Source of the DNA: Terriglobia bacterium
GTDB taxonomy: Bacteria > Acidobacteriota > Polarisedimenticolia > Polarisedimenticolales > JAIQFR01
Assembly: GCA_963748015.1 (NCBI GenBank)
Contig: CAVVHE010000004.1
Coordinates: forward strand, 608,001 to 672,000
Reading direction: 5' to 3'
Length of the DNA: 64,000 bases
Part shown: positions 36,779 through 45,661 of the stretch, piece by piece
Layout of the letters: each line of letters begins with the position of its first letter
How positions within the stretch are numbered: position 1 is the first letter of the stretch
Notes under the pieces: model-generated
What the model was told of the DNA's origin: nothing
Seen by the model: only the letters and a program-made list of their open reading frames with translations
Database searches by the model: none
Program-made: the position numbers and the translations under genes

Positions 36779-37447
36779 GGGCGCCCCTTTTTCGGAGTTT
36801 TCCGCCTCCGGTTACCTCGCGGTGCTTGGGGAAACGGGATGTTCTAGATGGGGAGATAGCCGGGCGGGCCTGCTCTGTCGGGAAACTCTACGTCAAAAAT
36901 GCGCGATGTGCTGAACAAAACGTCATTCGTCCTGGTCGTAACGACGAACTTGTAAACAGCCCTGCGTCCAAACGCTTGTGGCGAAAAGATCGAGTGGCAG
37001 TGGGTGTGGTTTTCCATATCACCGTCCACGACGAACCATTCTCGTGTTCATGCGGCGACGCCGGCGCCCCCGCCTCGGCGCATTCCGCGCGAAACTGGGC
37101 GGGTGCGAAAAAGCCTGCACAGGTCAAACAATTGGAGACATGCATCGCCCGCGCGCATGGAGTCCGGGAAGCTGGTTCGACGGGGTGCCAAGAGTCATCC
37201 CCTTCGGCGTGTGGTTCCTTGAACAAACAACATATCACCACCGTTTTCTTTTCGCACGATGCGGCCTAAAGAGGTGTTTTATTTCACGGATTGTGTGTTT
37301 TGAGAGCACAATTGGGGCGCGCAAGGAACGCGCCGGTTGGGCCGGTTCGCAGGGATGGCGGGTAACCGGTCCCTTGCGGCGGCGGGACGAGGTCGGTTAA
37401 CGTCGGGTCCAGCGGGCGGCCCGTGGCCGTGGCCGTGGGAGGATTGG
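36779..37447. promoter_or_regulatory. Long, relatively AT-rich divergent control region (hdrC / thrC)
   Basis: No credible CDS; palindromes GTG-N8-CAC (37274-37287) and ATTGTG-N11-CACAAT (37290-37312); CATATCACC occurs twice. Confidence 0.55.
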
Positions 37448-38632
37448 GTGGCTCAGCGCGGATCGACCTTCGAGTGGCTCGAGTGCTCGCGATGTCACGT
37501 GGCCGCGGATGCCGCGACCTTGCAGAATCTCTGCCGCTGCGGCGGCGTCCTGCTCGCGAGGTACCGGCTGGACGAGGCGGCGCGGACGCTGAAGCGGCGG
37601 AAGCTCGAGGGAAGGCCTCCGACGCAGTGGAGATATGCCGAGGTTCTCCCCGGCGCCGACCAGCCCGTCACCCTCGGCGAGGGGTTTACGCCGCTCCTTC
37701 CTGCGCCGTTCCTGGGCCGGCAACTCGGCGTGCCGAAGGTGTTCGTGAAGGACGAGTCCCTGAACCCCACCGGCTCGTTCAAGGCGAGGGGGATGTCGGT
37801 CGCGATCACGATGGCGCGGAAGCTCGGCGCGCGTCGCGTTGCGCTCCCTTCGGCGGGGAATGCGGGGAGCGCGGCGGCGGCCTACGGCGCGCTCGCGGGG
37901 CTGGGCGTGGATCTCTTCCTTCCGGACGACACCCCCGAGCCGTTCCGGTTGGAGGCGGCGGCCTACGGCGCGACGGTTCATCTCGTGGACGGGGACATCA
38001 CGGTCTGCGGCGCGCTGATGCGGGAGGGGACGGCGAGCGAGGGGTGGTTCGACCTGTCCACGCTCCGCGAGCCCTATCGTCTCGAGGGGAAGAAGACGAT
38101 GGGGTACGAGCTGGCCGAGCAGCTGGGATGGCGGCTCCCGGACGTGATCGTCTATCCCACCGGCGGGGGAACGGGGCTCGTCGGGATGTGGAAGGCGTTC
38201 GAGGAGATGGAGCAGATGGGCCTCGTCAAGAGCGGGCGCCGGCCGCGAATGGTCACCGTCCAGGCGGAGGGGTGCGCGCCGATCGTCAAGGCCTTCCGAG
38301 AGGGGGCGACTCGCGCGGAGCCGTGGCCCGACCCGCGCACCTACGCGAGCGGCCTGCGCGTTCCCTCGGCGATCGGGGACACGCTGATGCTGGCGGCGCT
38401 TCGGGAGTCGAACGGAACGGCGCTGACCGTGGGTGACGGGGAGATGGCCCGCGGGCAGCTCGAGATGGCCCGTGGCGAGGGGATCTTCGCCTGTCCCGAG
38501 GGCGGGGCGGCGCTCGAGGGCGCGAGACGTCTCGTCGCCGAGGAATGGATTCACCCCGACGAGACGGTCGTGCTGTTCAACACCGGCACGGGTCTCAAGT
38601 ACCCCCGGATCCCGGGGTTGCGCGTGCCGTGA
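37448..38632 (+). CDS. thrC: Threonine synthase (PLP-dependent, fold type II)
   Basis: NPTGSFKARG, SAGNAG, EGKKTMG, YPTGGGTG, NTGTGLKY; N-terminal Zn-ribbon; GGAGGA RBS. Confidence 0.85.
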   Translation: MAQRGSTFEWLECSRCHVAADAATLQNLCRCGGVLLARYRLDEAARTLKRRKLEGRPPTQWRYAEVLPGADQPVTLGEGFTPLLPAPFLGRQLGVPKVFVKDESLNPTGSFKARGMSVAITMARKLGARRVALPSAGNAGSAAAAYGALAGLGVDLFLPDDTPEPFRLEAAAYGATVHLVDGDITVCGALMREGTASEGWFDLSTLREPYRLEGKKTMGYELAEQLGWRLPDVIVYPTGGGTGLVGMWKAFEEMEQMGLVKSGRRPRMVTVQAEGCAPIVKAFREGATRAEPWPDPRTYASGLRVPSAIGDTLMLAALRESNGTALTVGDGEMARGQLEMARGEGIFACPEGGAALEGARRLVAEEWIHPDETVVLFNTGTGLKYPRIPGLRVP

Positions 38633-38651
38633 GCCGCGAGGCGGCTCTCAT

Positions 38652-38681
38652 TTGACACTCCTCCGGGCCGGAAAGTAAACT
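38652..38681 (+). promoter_or_regulatory. Sigma70-type promoter for folB-queD-folE
   Basis: TTGACA-N18-TAAACT. Confidence 0.6.
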
Positions 38682-38701
38682 CCGCGCGCGTCGAGGTGCG
38701 C

Positions 38702-39079
38702 GTGAGCGACCGTATCTTCATCGAGGGGATCAAGTTCCACGGGTACCACGGTCTGACGCGGCTCGAGCGCCAGATCGGGGTCCGGCTGGCCGTAGATATC
38801 GTCCTGGAGGTGGACCTCTCGCGATCCGGCCGCTCCGACCGGGTGTCGGACACCATCGACTACCGCAAGGTGCATGCGCGGGTCCTCGAGATCGGTAGGG
38901 GGCGTTCCCACAAGCTACTCGAGTCGTTCGCTCTCGTGCTGCTGGACTCGCTGTTCGAGTCCTTCCCCGCGGAGCGAATCTCCTTGCGGGTCCGGAAGGA
39001 GACGCCGGTGCTCGACGGCATCGTGGACTCCGTCGGCGTGGAGTTGAGCCGGACGCGCGACGAGGCGCGGGCGAAGTGA
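38702..39079 (+). CDS. folB: Dihydroneopterin aldolase
   Basis: DRIFIEG..GYHG..ER..G; DTIDY; LLE; VRK. Confidence 0.92.
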   Translation: MSDRIFIEGIKFHGYHGLTRLERQIGVRLAVDIVLEVDLSRSGRSDRVSDTIDYRKVHARVLEIGRGRSHKLLESFALVLLDSLFESFPAERISLRVRKETPVLDGIVDSVGVELSRTRDEARAK

Positions 39080-39423
39080 GGGTCCGGCGGAGCTTCGACT
39101 TCGACGCGGCGCACCGGTTGCCCCATCACCCCGGGAAGTGCCGCGAGCTGCACGGCCACGCGTACCGGCTGGTCGTGACCGTGGACCTGCCTGTCGACCC
39201 GGCGACCGGGCTCGCGGTGGATTTCTCCGAGCTGAAGGCGGTGGTCAAGCGCGAGGTCGTGGACCTCCTCGACCACCGGTACGTGAACGACCTCATCGAG
39301 AACCCGACCGCCGAGATCATGGCCGTCTGGATCTGGAACCGCCTGGCCGCGCCGCTCTCCGGGCTCGTGGAGATCGAGCTCTTCGAGACCCGGAGCTGCT
39401 CGGTCGTATACCGGGGGGAGTGA
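39076..39423 (+). CDS. queD: 6-carboxytetrahydropterin synthase
   Basis: FDAAH..CRELHGH..LDHRYVN..NPTAE..ET. Confidence 0.9.
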   Translation: MRVRRSFDFDAAHRLPHHPGKCRELHGHAYRLVVTVDLPVDPATGLAVDFSELKAVVKREVVDLLDHRYVNDLIENPTAEIMAVWIWNRLAAPLSGLVEIELFETRSCSVVYRGE

Positions 39424-39425
39424 GC

Positions 39426-40010
39426 ATGGATCGCGCGAAAATGGAGGAAGGGGTCCGGCGCTTCCTCGAGGGGATCGGCGAGCGTTTTCCCGGGGACGGC
39501 CTCGACGCGACCCCCGAACGGGTGTCCCGCGCGTGGGTCGAGGACCTGGTCTCCGGTTACGGCGAGGATCCGGAGACGGAGCTGACCTGGGCCCCGGCCC
39601 CTCCCGGTACCGGGCTCGTCCTGGTGCGGCACATCCGGTTCGCCTCGGTTTGCGTCCACCATCTCCTGCCCTTCTTCGGAGTGGCGCACGTCGCCTACCT
39701 TCCCGGAGCGCGCCTCGCCGGCCTCAGCAAGCTCGGACGGGTCGTCGAGATTCACGCCCGGCGCCTCCAGATCCAGGAGCGTCTCACCTCCGCGATCCTC
39801 GCGACGATCGGCCGCGTCCTCGAGCCGCAGGGAGCGCTCGTCGTGCTCGACGCCGAGCATACCTGCATGACGCTGCGGGGCGTGAAGAAGGAAGGGAGCC
39901 GGCTCCTCACGATGGCCGCCTCCGGCGTCTACGAAACCGACGGCGCCGCCCGGCGCGATCTCCTCGGTCTCCTGGCCCCAGCCGGCGGCGGGGCCGGCGG
40001 CGCGAGGTAA
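39426..40010 (+). CDS. folE: GTP cyclohydrolase I
   Basis: TPERV, SVCVHHLLPF, GLSKL, RLQIQERLT, HTCMTLRGV. Confidence 0.9.
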   Translation: MDRAKMEEGVRRFLEGIGERFPGDGLDATPERVSRAWVEDLVSGYGEDPETELTWAPAPPGTGLVLVRHIRFASVCVHHLLPFFGVAHVAYLPGARLAGLSKLGRVVEIHARRLQIQERLTSAILATIGRVLEPQGALVVLDAEHTCMTLRGVKKEGSRLLTMAASGVYETDGAARRDLLGLLAPAGGGAGGAR

Positions 40011-42256
40011 TGGCAGCGGGCATGCGGGCCATCGTCCTGCTCGCGGCGGCGATCGCCGCGGGAGCGGCGGCGGGCGCGGAAGAGCCGCTGCGTGTCCTGG
40101 CCGCGGCGTCGGGACAGGGCACGCCGCTTCTCCGGATCGGCCTCGACTCGGGGCACAGGATCCTGATCTCCTCGAGCCGCCCTTACCGGATCCTGGACCC
40201 GGCCACCGGTGCCGCGGTCTTCAAGCCCTCCTTCACCGGCGAGACCGCGGTCGTGGCCGATGGCGGTCCCGAGCGGGAACCGGCGCGCGTCTACCGGGTG
40301 CAGGCCGGCTCGTTCTCGAGTTCCGAGGGAGCGGAGGCGGAGCGCGCCCGTCTCGAGAAGGCGATGGGCGTGAAGGGAGTCGTGCGGCGGAATCCCGATC
40401 GGGGCAACTGGAGGGTTCGGCTCGGAGAGGCGGCCGATCGCGAGTCCCTCCTGCCGCTCGTGCAGAAGCTCCGCGCGGCGGGATTCGACGCGGCGTGGAT
40501 CTCCGACGAGCCGGCGGATGCCCAGGGTAGCGTCACGCTCCGCATCGTGGACGCGTCCTACGAGAGCCGGACGTTCGCGGGAGGGCGGCTCGCCGTGATT
40601 CCCGAGGCGGGCGCCCACGTGTCGGTGGAGGGGAAGCCCTATCGCGGCGTGATCGAGCTCCGTCTCTCGCCCTCGGGGATGGTGCGAGCGATCGATTGGA
40701 TCGACCTCGAGCGGTACCTCCTGGGCGTGGTGCCCGCGGAGCTCGGCCCCGAGATCTGGCCGCAGCTCGAGGCGCTCAAGGCGCAAGCGGTGGCCGCGCG
40801 GACTTACGCGTGGCGGCACCTCGGGCAATTCGAGGAGGAGGGGTTCGACCTCTGCTCCACCCCGCGGTGCCAGGTCTACGGAGGCGTGGCCGCGGAGCAC
40901 CCGCTCTCCGACAGGGCGGTCGCCTCGACCCGCGGGGAGATCCTGACGTGGGAGGGGAAGCCGATCTCCGCCCTCTACACCGCGACCTGCGGCGGCCACA
41001 CCGAGGACGCGGCGGAGGTATTCCCGGAGGAAGCGGCTCCCTATCTCGTGGGAGTTCCTTGCCGGGCGGAGGACGCTGCGATCGCCGAGAAGCGGATCCG
41101 CCTCGAGGGGACGCCGATTCGCGAGGTGATCGCCGAGAACGGCGACGACGTGACGCGGGACTGGACGCTGCTGTCGGTCGCGGGGGTCCTCGGCGGCGCG
41201 GGACGGGGAAGCGATCCGAAGGCGCAGGCCGGGACCTCCGAGGTGCGGGCGTGGGCCGCGGCCATCGGCTCCCTCTCGGGGGTCCGCGAGGCGCCGGCGG
41301 CGGGGGGCGACGCGCGAACGCTCGCCCGGGTGGCCGCGGAGCTCTTGTCGGCGGTGGGGTGGGAGGAGCGAGCCTCGGTCCTGCTGGCCGAGGCCGACCT
41401 CGATCCGCTCCTGCGCGACCCCGAGGCCTCGTCGCTTCCGGAACGCGAGCGTCGCGCGCTCGCGTACCTTGCCTGGACGGGGGCGCTTCGGCCCTTCCCC
41501 GACGGCCGGTTCCACGTGTTGGCCCCTGCCTCGGCCGCCCGGCTGGCGCCCGCGCTCGTGAAGATCGGCGAGGCCTACGACGCGTTCGACCTGCGCGAGG
41601 CCGTCGTGCGGGGAGGCTCCGCCGGCGGGATCCGTCTCGCGCAGGGCAAGTCCGACGTGACGCTTCGAGTCTCGACGTCCGCCGCCCTGTTCGGGCTCGC
41701 GGGCGGGCGCGCGGTCCCGGCCCGGCAGCTCGACCTCTGGCCGGGCGACCGGGTCCGCTTCCGGAGGGGCCGGGACGGGACGGTGGATCTCGTCGAGCTG
41801 CGGGGACCGGTCAAGGGAGCCTCGGACGACCGGCTGGCCGCGGTTTACTCCTGGGAGGTGAGGCGCACCCGCGAGGAGCTCGAGGAGACCATCGAGCGGA
41901 AGCTCGGCGTGGGCCGGCTCGAGGGGCTCGAGGTCGTTCGCCGGGGAAGGTCCGGGCGGGTCGTGGAGCTCAAGGTCATCGGCGCGGCCGGGACGGCGAC
42001 CGTCAAGGGTTTCGACATCCGCGGCCTCCTCGACCTGCGCGAGAATCTGGTCGTGGCGGAGCCGCAGCGGGACCGCTCCGGAGGGCTCGTCGCCGTCGTC
42101 TTCGCGGGGAAAGGGTGGGGGCACGGCGTGGGGCTCTGCCAGGTCGGCGCCTACGGCATGGCGCTGCGGGGCAGCGGGTACCGGGACATCCTCTCCCATT
42201 ACTACCGGGGCGCGAAGTCCGGGACGGTCGAGGCCGCGAGCCCCGGGAACCCCTGA
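40010..42256 (+). CDS. SpoIID/LytB-domain peptidoglycan lytic protein with a SPOR domain
   Basis: Signal peptide; YRVQAGSF SPOR; LERYLLGVVPAE..EALKAQAVAARTYA..CQVY; GKGWGHGVGLCQVGA..ILSHYY. Confidence 0.9.
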   Translation: MAAGMRAIVLLAAAIAAGAAAGAEEPLRVLAAASGQGTPLLRIGLDSGHRILISSSRPYRILDPATGAAVFKPSFTGETAVVADGGPEREPARVYRVQAGSFSSSEGAEAERARLEKAMGVKGVVRRNPDRGNWRVRLGEAADRESLLPLVQKLRAAGFDAAWISDEPADAQGSVTLRIVDASYESRTFAGGRLAVIPEAGAHVSVEGKPYRGVIELRLSPSGMVRAIDWIDLERYLLGVVPAELGPEIWPQLEALKAQAVAARTYAWRHLGQFEEEGFDLCSTPRCQVYGGVAAEHPLSDRAVASTRGEILTWEGKPISALYTATCGGHTEDAAEVFPEEAAPYLVGVPCRAEDAAIAEKRIRLEGTPIREVIAENGDDVTRDWTLLSVAGVLGGAGRGSDPKAQAGTSEVRAWAAAIGSLSGVREAPAAGGDARTLARVAAELLSAVGWEERASVLLAEADLDPLLRDPEASSLPERERRALAYLAWTGALRPFPDGRFHVLAPASAARLAPALVKIGEAYDAFDLREAVVRGGSAGGIRLAQGKSDVTLRVSTSAALFGLAGGRAVPARQLDLWPGDRVRFRRGRDGTVDLVELRGPVKGASDDRLAAVYSWEVRRTREELEETIERKLGVGRLEGLEVVRRGRSGRVVELKVIGAAGTATVKGFDIRGLLDLRENLVVAEPQRDRSGGLVAVVFAGKGWGHGVGLCQVGAYGMALRGSGYRDILSHYYRGAKSGTVEAASPGNP

Positions 42257-42411
42257 GCTGGCGCGGGGGGCCGCCGTGCCTATATTCCCCATCGTGAGGG
42301 ATGCCCTCCGCCCGGAGTGCCGAAGTGTGGCACGAGCGGTCCGGGAGGTAGGTAGAGGGCGATCGGAGACTCTCGAACCGTGCCCCGGACCGGGACATGG
42401 GGTGCTACTCG

Positions 42412-42762
42412 ATGAGCCGCACGCTGCGCCATGTCGGGTTGATCGTCCTGGCGGCGACGGTCTGGCTGCTTCTGGCCGACGCGTTGGGCTGGGTTCCGGA
42501 CGGGACCTCGGATCCGTGGTTCTGGAAGGGGATCGCGCTCGGCCTCGCCTGCCTGGCGGCGGGACTGGTCTTCCGGCTGTTCGCTCCGCTCTCCCGGGAG
42601 ATGACACGGGACCACTGCATCCACTGCGGGGCCCCGACGGAGCGGGGGCATCTCTATTGCCGGGACCACCTCAAGATGGCCCTGGACGACGCGCGCGACC
42701 GGACGCGGAAATCGCTCCAGGCGAGGGGCGGACCCGAGGGGCCCGGCTTCTCGTCGTCGTAG
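42412..42762 (+). CDS. Small membrane protein with a C-terminal zinc-finger-like motif
   Basis: Two TM helices, then CIHCG..LYCRDH. Confidence 0.6.
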   Translation: MSRTLRHVGLIVLAATVWLLLADALGWVPDGTSDPWFWKGIALGLACLAAGLVFRLFAPLSREMTRDHCIHCGAPTERGHLYCRDHLKMALDDARDRTRKSLQARGGPEGPGFSSS

Positions 42763-43670
42763 GGCCGACCGGCACCGGCAAATCCGAAACGGCCTTGCTC
42801 CTGGCGGAGCGCCTCGGCGGGGAGATCGTCGGCTGCGACGCGCTCCAGGTCTACACGGGGCTGGACGCGGCCACCGGAAAGCCGTCCCCCGAGCTGAGAC
42901 GCCGTGTGCCGCACCACGTCGTGGACTTCGCGGACCCCCGCCGCGATTTCAACCTGGCGGACTACGTGAGGGCGGCGGAGGAGGCGATCCGCGGGGTGGT
43001 CTCTCGCGGGCGCGTCCCGATCGTGGTCGGCGGAACGGGCATGTACCTCCGGGGACTGTTGCGCGGCGTCGTCGATTCGCCGGCGCGCGACGATGTGCTG
43101 CGCGAGCGGCTCCGGACGATCGCCGCGCGCCGCGGCTCGAGCAGGCTCCACCGCTGGCTGGGCAGGCTCGATCCTTCGTCGTCGGCGAGGATCGCCCCGG
43201 CGGACACCCAGCGGGTCGTCCGCGCGCTCGAGCTGGCCCTCGCGGGGGGCGGGACGTGGAGCGAGCGACTCCTGCGTGAGGGGACCTGGTCCTCGGGGCG
43301 CGAGAGGTACCTCTCGCTCAAGGTGGGCCTCGACATGGACCGCGCGGCTCTCGCGGAACGGCTCTCGGAGCGCGTGGACCGGTTCTTCGACGCCGGCCTC
43401 GTCGCAGAGATTCGTTCGCTGCTCGCGGCCGGGGTCCCCGAGAGCGCGAACGCGCTCAAGGCGATCGGCTACCGGGAGGTTCTCGCCTCGCTGCGGGCGG
43501 GCGAGGACGCGGAGGCCGCTCGCGACGCGGTCAAGACGAGCACGCGGCGCTACGCGAAGCGCCAGCGGACCTGGTTCCGCGGCGAGCCGGGCATCGTCTG
43601 GCTCGATGCCGCCCTGGGGCCGGAGCGTCTTGCGTCATGCATCGCCGCGCTTTGGATCGGCGGTCCGTGA
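42750..43670 (+). CDS. miaA: tRNA dimethylallyltransferase (start codon not identifiable; coordinate marks the conserved region)
   Basis: VVGPTGTGKS, DALQVY, VGGTGMY, AIGYRE, YAKRQRTWF; upstream of hfq. Confidence 0.92.
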   Translation, partial: LVVVGPTGTGKSETALLLAERLGGEIVGCDALQVYTGLDAATGKPSPELRRRVPHHVVDFADPRRDFNLADYVRAAEEAIRGVVSRGRVPIVVGGTGMYLRGLLRGVVDSPARDDVLRERLRTIAARRGSSRLHRWLGRLDPSSSARIAPADTQRVVRALELALAGGGTWSERLLREGTWSSGRERYLSLKVGLDMDRAALAERLSERVDRFFDAGLVAEIRSLLAAGVPESANALKAIGYREVLASLRAGEDAEAARDAVKTSTRRYAKRQRTWFRGEPGIVWLDAALGPERLASCIAALWIGGP

Positions 43671-43755
43671 CGGCGCGCGGCGCCCGCGCTTCCCGACTCG
43701 AATCGCGTGTTATATACTCGCGTGGAGCCCCGGGAAGATCCCGGCGGAGGGCGCC

Positions 43756-44049
43756 ATGACGGCAGACGAGGCGAACCTTCAGAACGACTTCTTCAACCGC
43801 GCGAGGAAGGAGCACCGGACCGTCACCATCTTCCTCACGAACGGCAAGAGGCTGAACGGCCGGATCAAGTCGTTCGACAAGTTCACGCTGCTGCTCGACG
43901 GGCCCCACGGCGAGCTCATGCTGTTCAAGCACGCGATCTCCACCGTGAGTGTCGGAGGAGACTCGGAAGCCTGGGCCAGCCCCGACGACGAGTCCGCGCA
44001 CCGCGATGCGCAGGGGCGCGGCGACAGGCCGTCCGCCCGCAGCACCTAG
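43756..44049 (+). CDS. hfq: RNA chaperone Hfq
   Basis: NLQNDFFN..VTIFLTNGKRLNGRIKSFDKF..FKHAISTV; GGAGG RBS; miaA-hfq synteny. Confidence 0.95.
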   Translation: MTADEANLQNDFFNRARKEHRTVTIFLTNGKRLNGRIKSFDKFTLLLDGPHGELMLFKHAISTVSVGGDSEAWASPDDESAHRDAQGRGDRPSARST

Positions 44050-44063
44050 TGTCCTGTCGGGAA

Positions 44064-45512
44064 TCAGCGCCGGAAGAACCCCTTGCGGTCGGCGTCGCCG
44101 TTCGGCGCGACGGGCTGGTTGCCGCTCAGCTCCCGCACGCGGCTGTTGAGGCGCTCTAGCTTCGCCTCGTACTCCTGCCGGACCAGCTGGACCTGGCGTC
44201 CGAGCCGTTCGTTCTCCGCGCGGAGGGCGGCCATTTCTCCCTCGGACGAGGATGTCCCGTGCGACTGCTGGTCGAGGTCGCTCCGGAGGCGCTCGATCTC
44301 GGCGTCGCGGTCGGCCAGCTCCTGGCGATGGCGTTCCTGGACCTCGTCGTAGAGCTTCTTGACTTCCTGGAGCTCGACGATCCTCGAGAAATCGCTCAGC
44401 GGTTCCGCCATGGCCTCTCCTTCGCCGGCCGCCCGGTGCTCCCCGGCGTAGAGGAATTTGCGGAGCATCAGGTCGAGGTCGTTCGGACGGCTGCTCGACG
44501 CCATCGCGGCGTCCTTGTCGACCACGCCGTTGAGAACGAGCGCCGCTAGGGACTGATTCATGGACTGCATGCGGTGGTAGGAGACGGAGTTCTCGATCTC
44601 CTCCTCGAGCGCCTCGAGGTTGCCCTCGAAGATCAGCTTCGAGACCCGCGGGGTCTGCCGGAGGATCTCCACGGCCGCCAGGAGGCCGGAACCGTCCTTC
44701 TTCTCGACCAGCTTCAGGGAGACGACGGCCTGCAACACCATCGCCAGCTGCTGCCGGATCTGCCGGTGGTGTCCCTCCGGGAACATGTCGATGATCCGGT
44801 CGATGGTCTGCGCGCAGCTGTTCGTGTGCAGGGTCGAGAAGATCAGGTGGCCCGTCTCGGCCGCGGTCAGCACCGTCTGCACCGTCGTGAGATCGCGCAT
44901 CTCGCCGACCATCACCACGTCGGGATCCTGGCGGAAGATGTTTCGCAGGGCCTCGGCGAAGGACGGCGTGTCGGTGCCGACCTCGCGCTGGGTCACGGCC
45001 CCGAGGTTGTCCTTGAGCAGGAACTCGATCGGGTCCTCGATGGTGACGACGTGCACGAGGCGGGTGTTCACGACGAGACGGAGGAGCGCCGCCAGGGTGG
45101 ACGACTTGCCCGACCCGGTGGGGCCCGTGAGAAGGACGAGGCCCTGCGTCAACTGGGCGAACTCCGAGAGCACCGACGGGAGCCCCCAGTCGTCGAGCGA
45201 GGGGAAGTCGAACGGCACCCGGCGGAACACCGCGGACAGCGTGCCTCGCTGCTGGTAGACCGAGGCGCGGAAGCGGGACACGCCGGAGAGGCTGTAGCCG
45301 AAGTCGGCCGAGAAGCGCTCCTCGAGGCTCTTCTTCTGGGGGTCCGTGAGGATGCCGACCAGCATCTCGCGGATCAAGTCCGGGTGGAGCGGATCGGTCT
45401 TGAGCGGGAGCAGCTTGTTGTGGACGCGGACGAGGGGAGGCCGCATCGGCTTCAGGTGAAGGTCCGACGCCTCCTGTCTCACCATGAACCGGAGAAGGTC
45501 GTCGATTTTCAT
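44064..45512 (-). CDS. pilT: PilT/PilU-family retraction ATPase with a C-terminal coiled-coil extension
   Basis: ASDLHL, GPTGSGKSST, TIEDPIE, RQDPDVVMVGEMRD, ETGH..STLHT. Confidence 0.88.
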   Translation of the reverse strand: MKIDDLLRFMVRQEASDLHLKPMRPPLVRVHNKLLPLKTDPLHPDLIREMLVGILTDPQKKSLEERFSADFGYSLSGVSRFRASVYQQRGTLSAVFRRVPFDFPSLDDWGLPSVLSEFAQLTQGLVLLTGPTGSGKSSTLAALLRLVVNTRLVHVVTIEDPIEFLLKDNLGAVTQREVGTDTPSFAEALRNIFRQDPDVVMVGEMRDLTTVQTVLTAAETGHLIFSTLHTNSCAQTIDRIIDMFPEGHHRQIRQQLAMVLQAVVSLKLVEKKDGSGLLAAVEILRQTPRVSKLIFEGNLEALEEEIENSVSYHRMQSMNQSLAALVLNGVVDKDAAMASSSRPNDLDLMLRKFLYAGEHRAAGEGEAMAEPLSDFSRIVELQEVKKLYDEVQERHRQELADRDAEIERLRSDLDQQSHGTSSSEGEMAALRAENERLGRQVQLVRQEYEAKLERLNSRVRELSGNQPVAPNGDADRKGFFRR

Positions 45513-45608
45513 GGGCGCCACGTCGTCCACAAGCTTCCCGGGCGGGACGCTCCCGCCAAGTTGCGACGGGGTGAACATAGGTGCCGGGACCGGCCGAGTC
45601 AAACCGGT

Positions 45609-45638
45609 TTGACGTCCTCCGCGCGTCCGGGCTATAAC
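45609..45638 (+). promoter_or_regulatory. Sigma70-type promoter for mutS2
   Basis: TTGACG-N18-TATAAC. Confidence 0.5.
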
Positions 45639-45661
45639 CGTCCGTTCACATTGGAGCCGCC

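Noticed and set aside
36826..37400. Small ORFs in the hdrC-thrC and 29430-29800 spacers
   Set aside because: No RBS or recognisable motifs and atypical composition; better explained as regulatory DNA
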